A DNA stretch of 32,000 nt, from positions 6,690,001-6,722,000 of the forward strand of contig NC_010628.1 of NCBI RefSeq assembly GCF_000020025.1, read 5' to 3'. The notes beneath the pieces are model-generated. The model searched no databases and had not been told where the DNA came from. It saw nothing but the letters and a program-made list of their open reading frames with translations. Of this stretch, positions 31,516-32,000 are shown in pieces (the first letter of the stretch is position 1; each line of letters begins with the position of its first letter). The DNA is from Nostoc punctiforme PCC 73102 (GTDB lineage: Bacteria > Cyanobacteriota > Cyanobacteriia > Cyanobacteriales > Nostocaceae). A program made the position numbers and the translations under genes.

Positions 31516-32000
31516 ATGAAAAAAGTCGTCGTTGGTCTTTCTGGTGGCGTTGACAGTTCCACCGCCGCAGCTATCCTGCACCATCAGGGCTATGAAGTGA
31601 TTGGTTTGACTCTTTGGCTAATGAAAGGCAAAGGTCAATGTTGCTCTGAAGGTATGATCGACGCGGCTGATCTCTGTGAACAACTGGGCGTTCCCCATCA
31701 AATTGTAGATATTCGGGATCTCTTTCAAACGCATATTGTCGATTACCTGGTGACTGGCTACAGTGCTGGAATCACGCCTTTGCCTTGTTCACAATGCAAT
31801 AAAACGGTGAAGTTTGGGCCAATGGTGCAGTATGCTCGTGAAGAATTGGGATGCGATCGCATCGCCACTGGTCATTATGCCCGAATTAGTTATGACGAAG
31901 CAACTGGACGTTACCAGTTATTAAGAGCTATTGACCGCAACAAAGACCAATCATACTTCCTCTATGATTTGTCTCAAGATTTACTTGCAGCAACTATATT
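31516..32000 (+). CDS. mnmA: tRNA 2-thiouridine(34) synthase MnmA (5' part; runs off the window end)
   Basis: My manual translation from the ATG at 31516 gives [38 protein letters not shown] (PP-loop SGGVDS), ...[11 protein letters not shown]..., ATGHYARI and [11 protein letters not shown]. The frame is open to position 32000. It is absent from the track because it has no stop. Confidence 0.9.
   Translation, partial: MKKVVVGLSGGVDSSTAAAILHHQGYEVIGLTLWLMKGKGQCCSEGMIDAADLCEQLGVPHQIVDIRDLFQTHIVDYLVTGYSAGITPLPCSQCNKTVKFGPMVQYAREELGCDRIATGHYARISYDEATGRYQLLRAIDRNKDQSYFLYDLSQDLLAATI

Overview
The window looks like chromosomal DNA from a filamentous, Nostocales-type cyanobacterium. I base that on at least 19 copies of the HIP1 palindrome GCGATCGC, Nostoc-style short dispersed palindromes in the intergenic regions, and the gene content (a GUN4-domain remnant, a Ycf23-like DUF561 protein, Uma2/DUF820, and a signal-peptide pentapeptide-repeat protein). 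There are about 30 protein genes, most of them housekeeping: a TetR-tautomerase-thioesterase trio, hisS, tex plus a 2Fe-2S ferredoxin, tldD/pmbA, a fetB-like permease, a DegT aminotransferase, a SAM methyltransferase, and mnmA, which is cut by the window end. Five parts are accessory or unusual. (i) A ~2.4-kb ORF-poor, AT-rich tract (8986-11389) leads into an AT-rich four-gene operon encoding two ArnE/ArnF-like small permeases, an FAD oxidoreductase and a GT2 polyprenyl-phosphate glycosyltransferase. (ii) An NB-ARC/TPR STAND NTPase with an N-terminal HTH-like module lies next to a Uma2 PD-(D/E)xK nuclease and two divergent small membrane ORFs. This is my best candidate for an undescribed conflict or signalling system, but the linkage is only an inference. 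(iii) An intact ~1.0-kb IS5-like element with 22-bp terminal inverted repeats sits upstream of a SPOR-like repeat protein. (iv) A vanadium-haloperoxidase-like PAP2 enzyme is present. (v) There are three slipped-strand tandem duplications: 7 bp that frameshifts the GUN4 remnant, 24 bp in frame in hisS, and 45 bp x ~2.7 in the SPOR-like gene. I recognised no rRNA, tRNA or CRISPR array. All family assignments come from reading the translated ORFs from memory; no database search was run.
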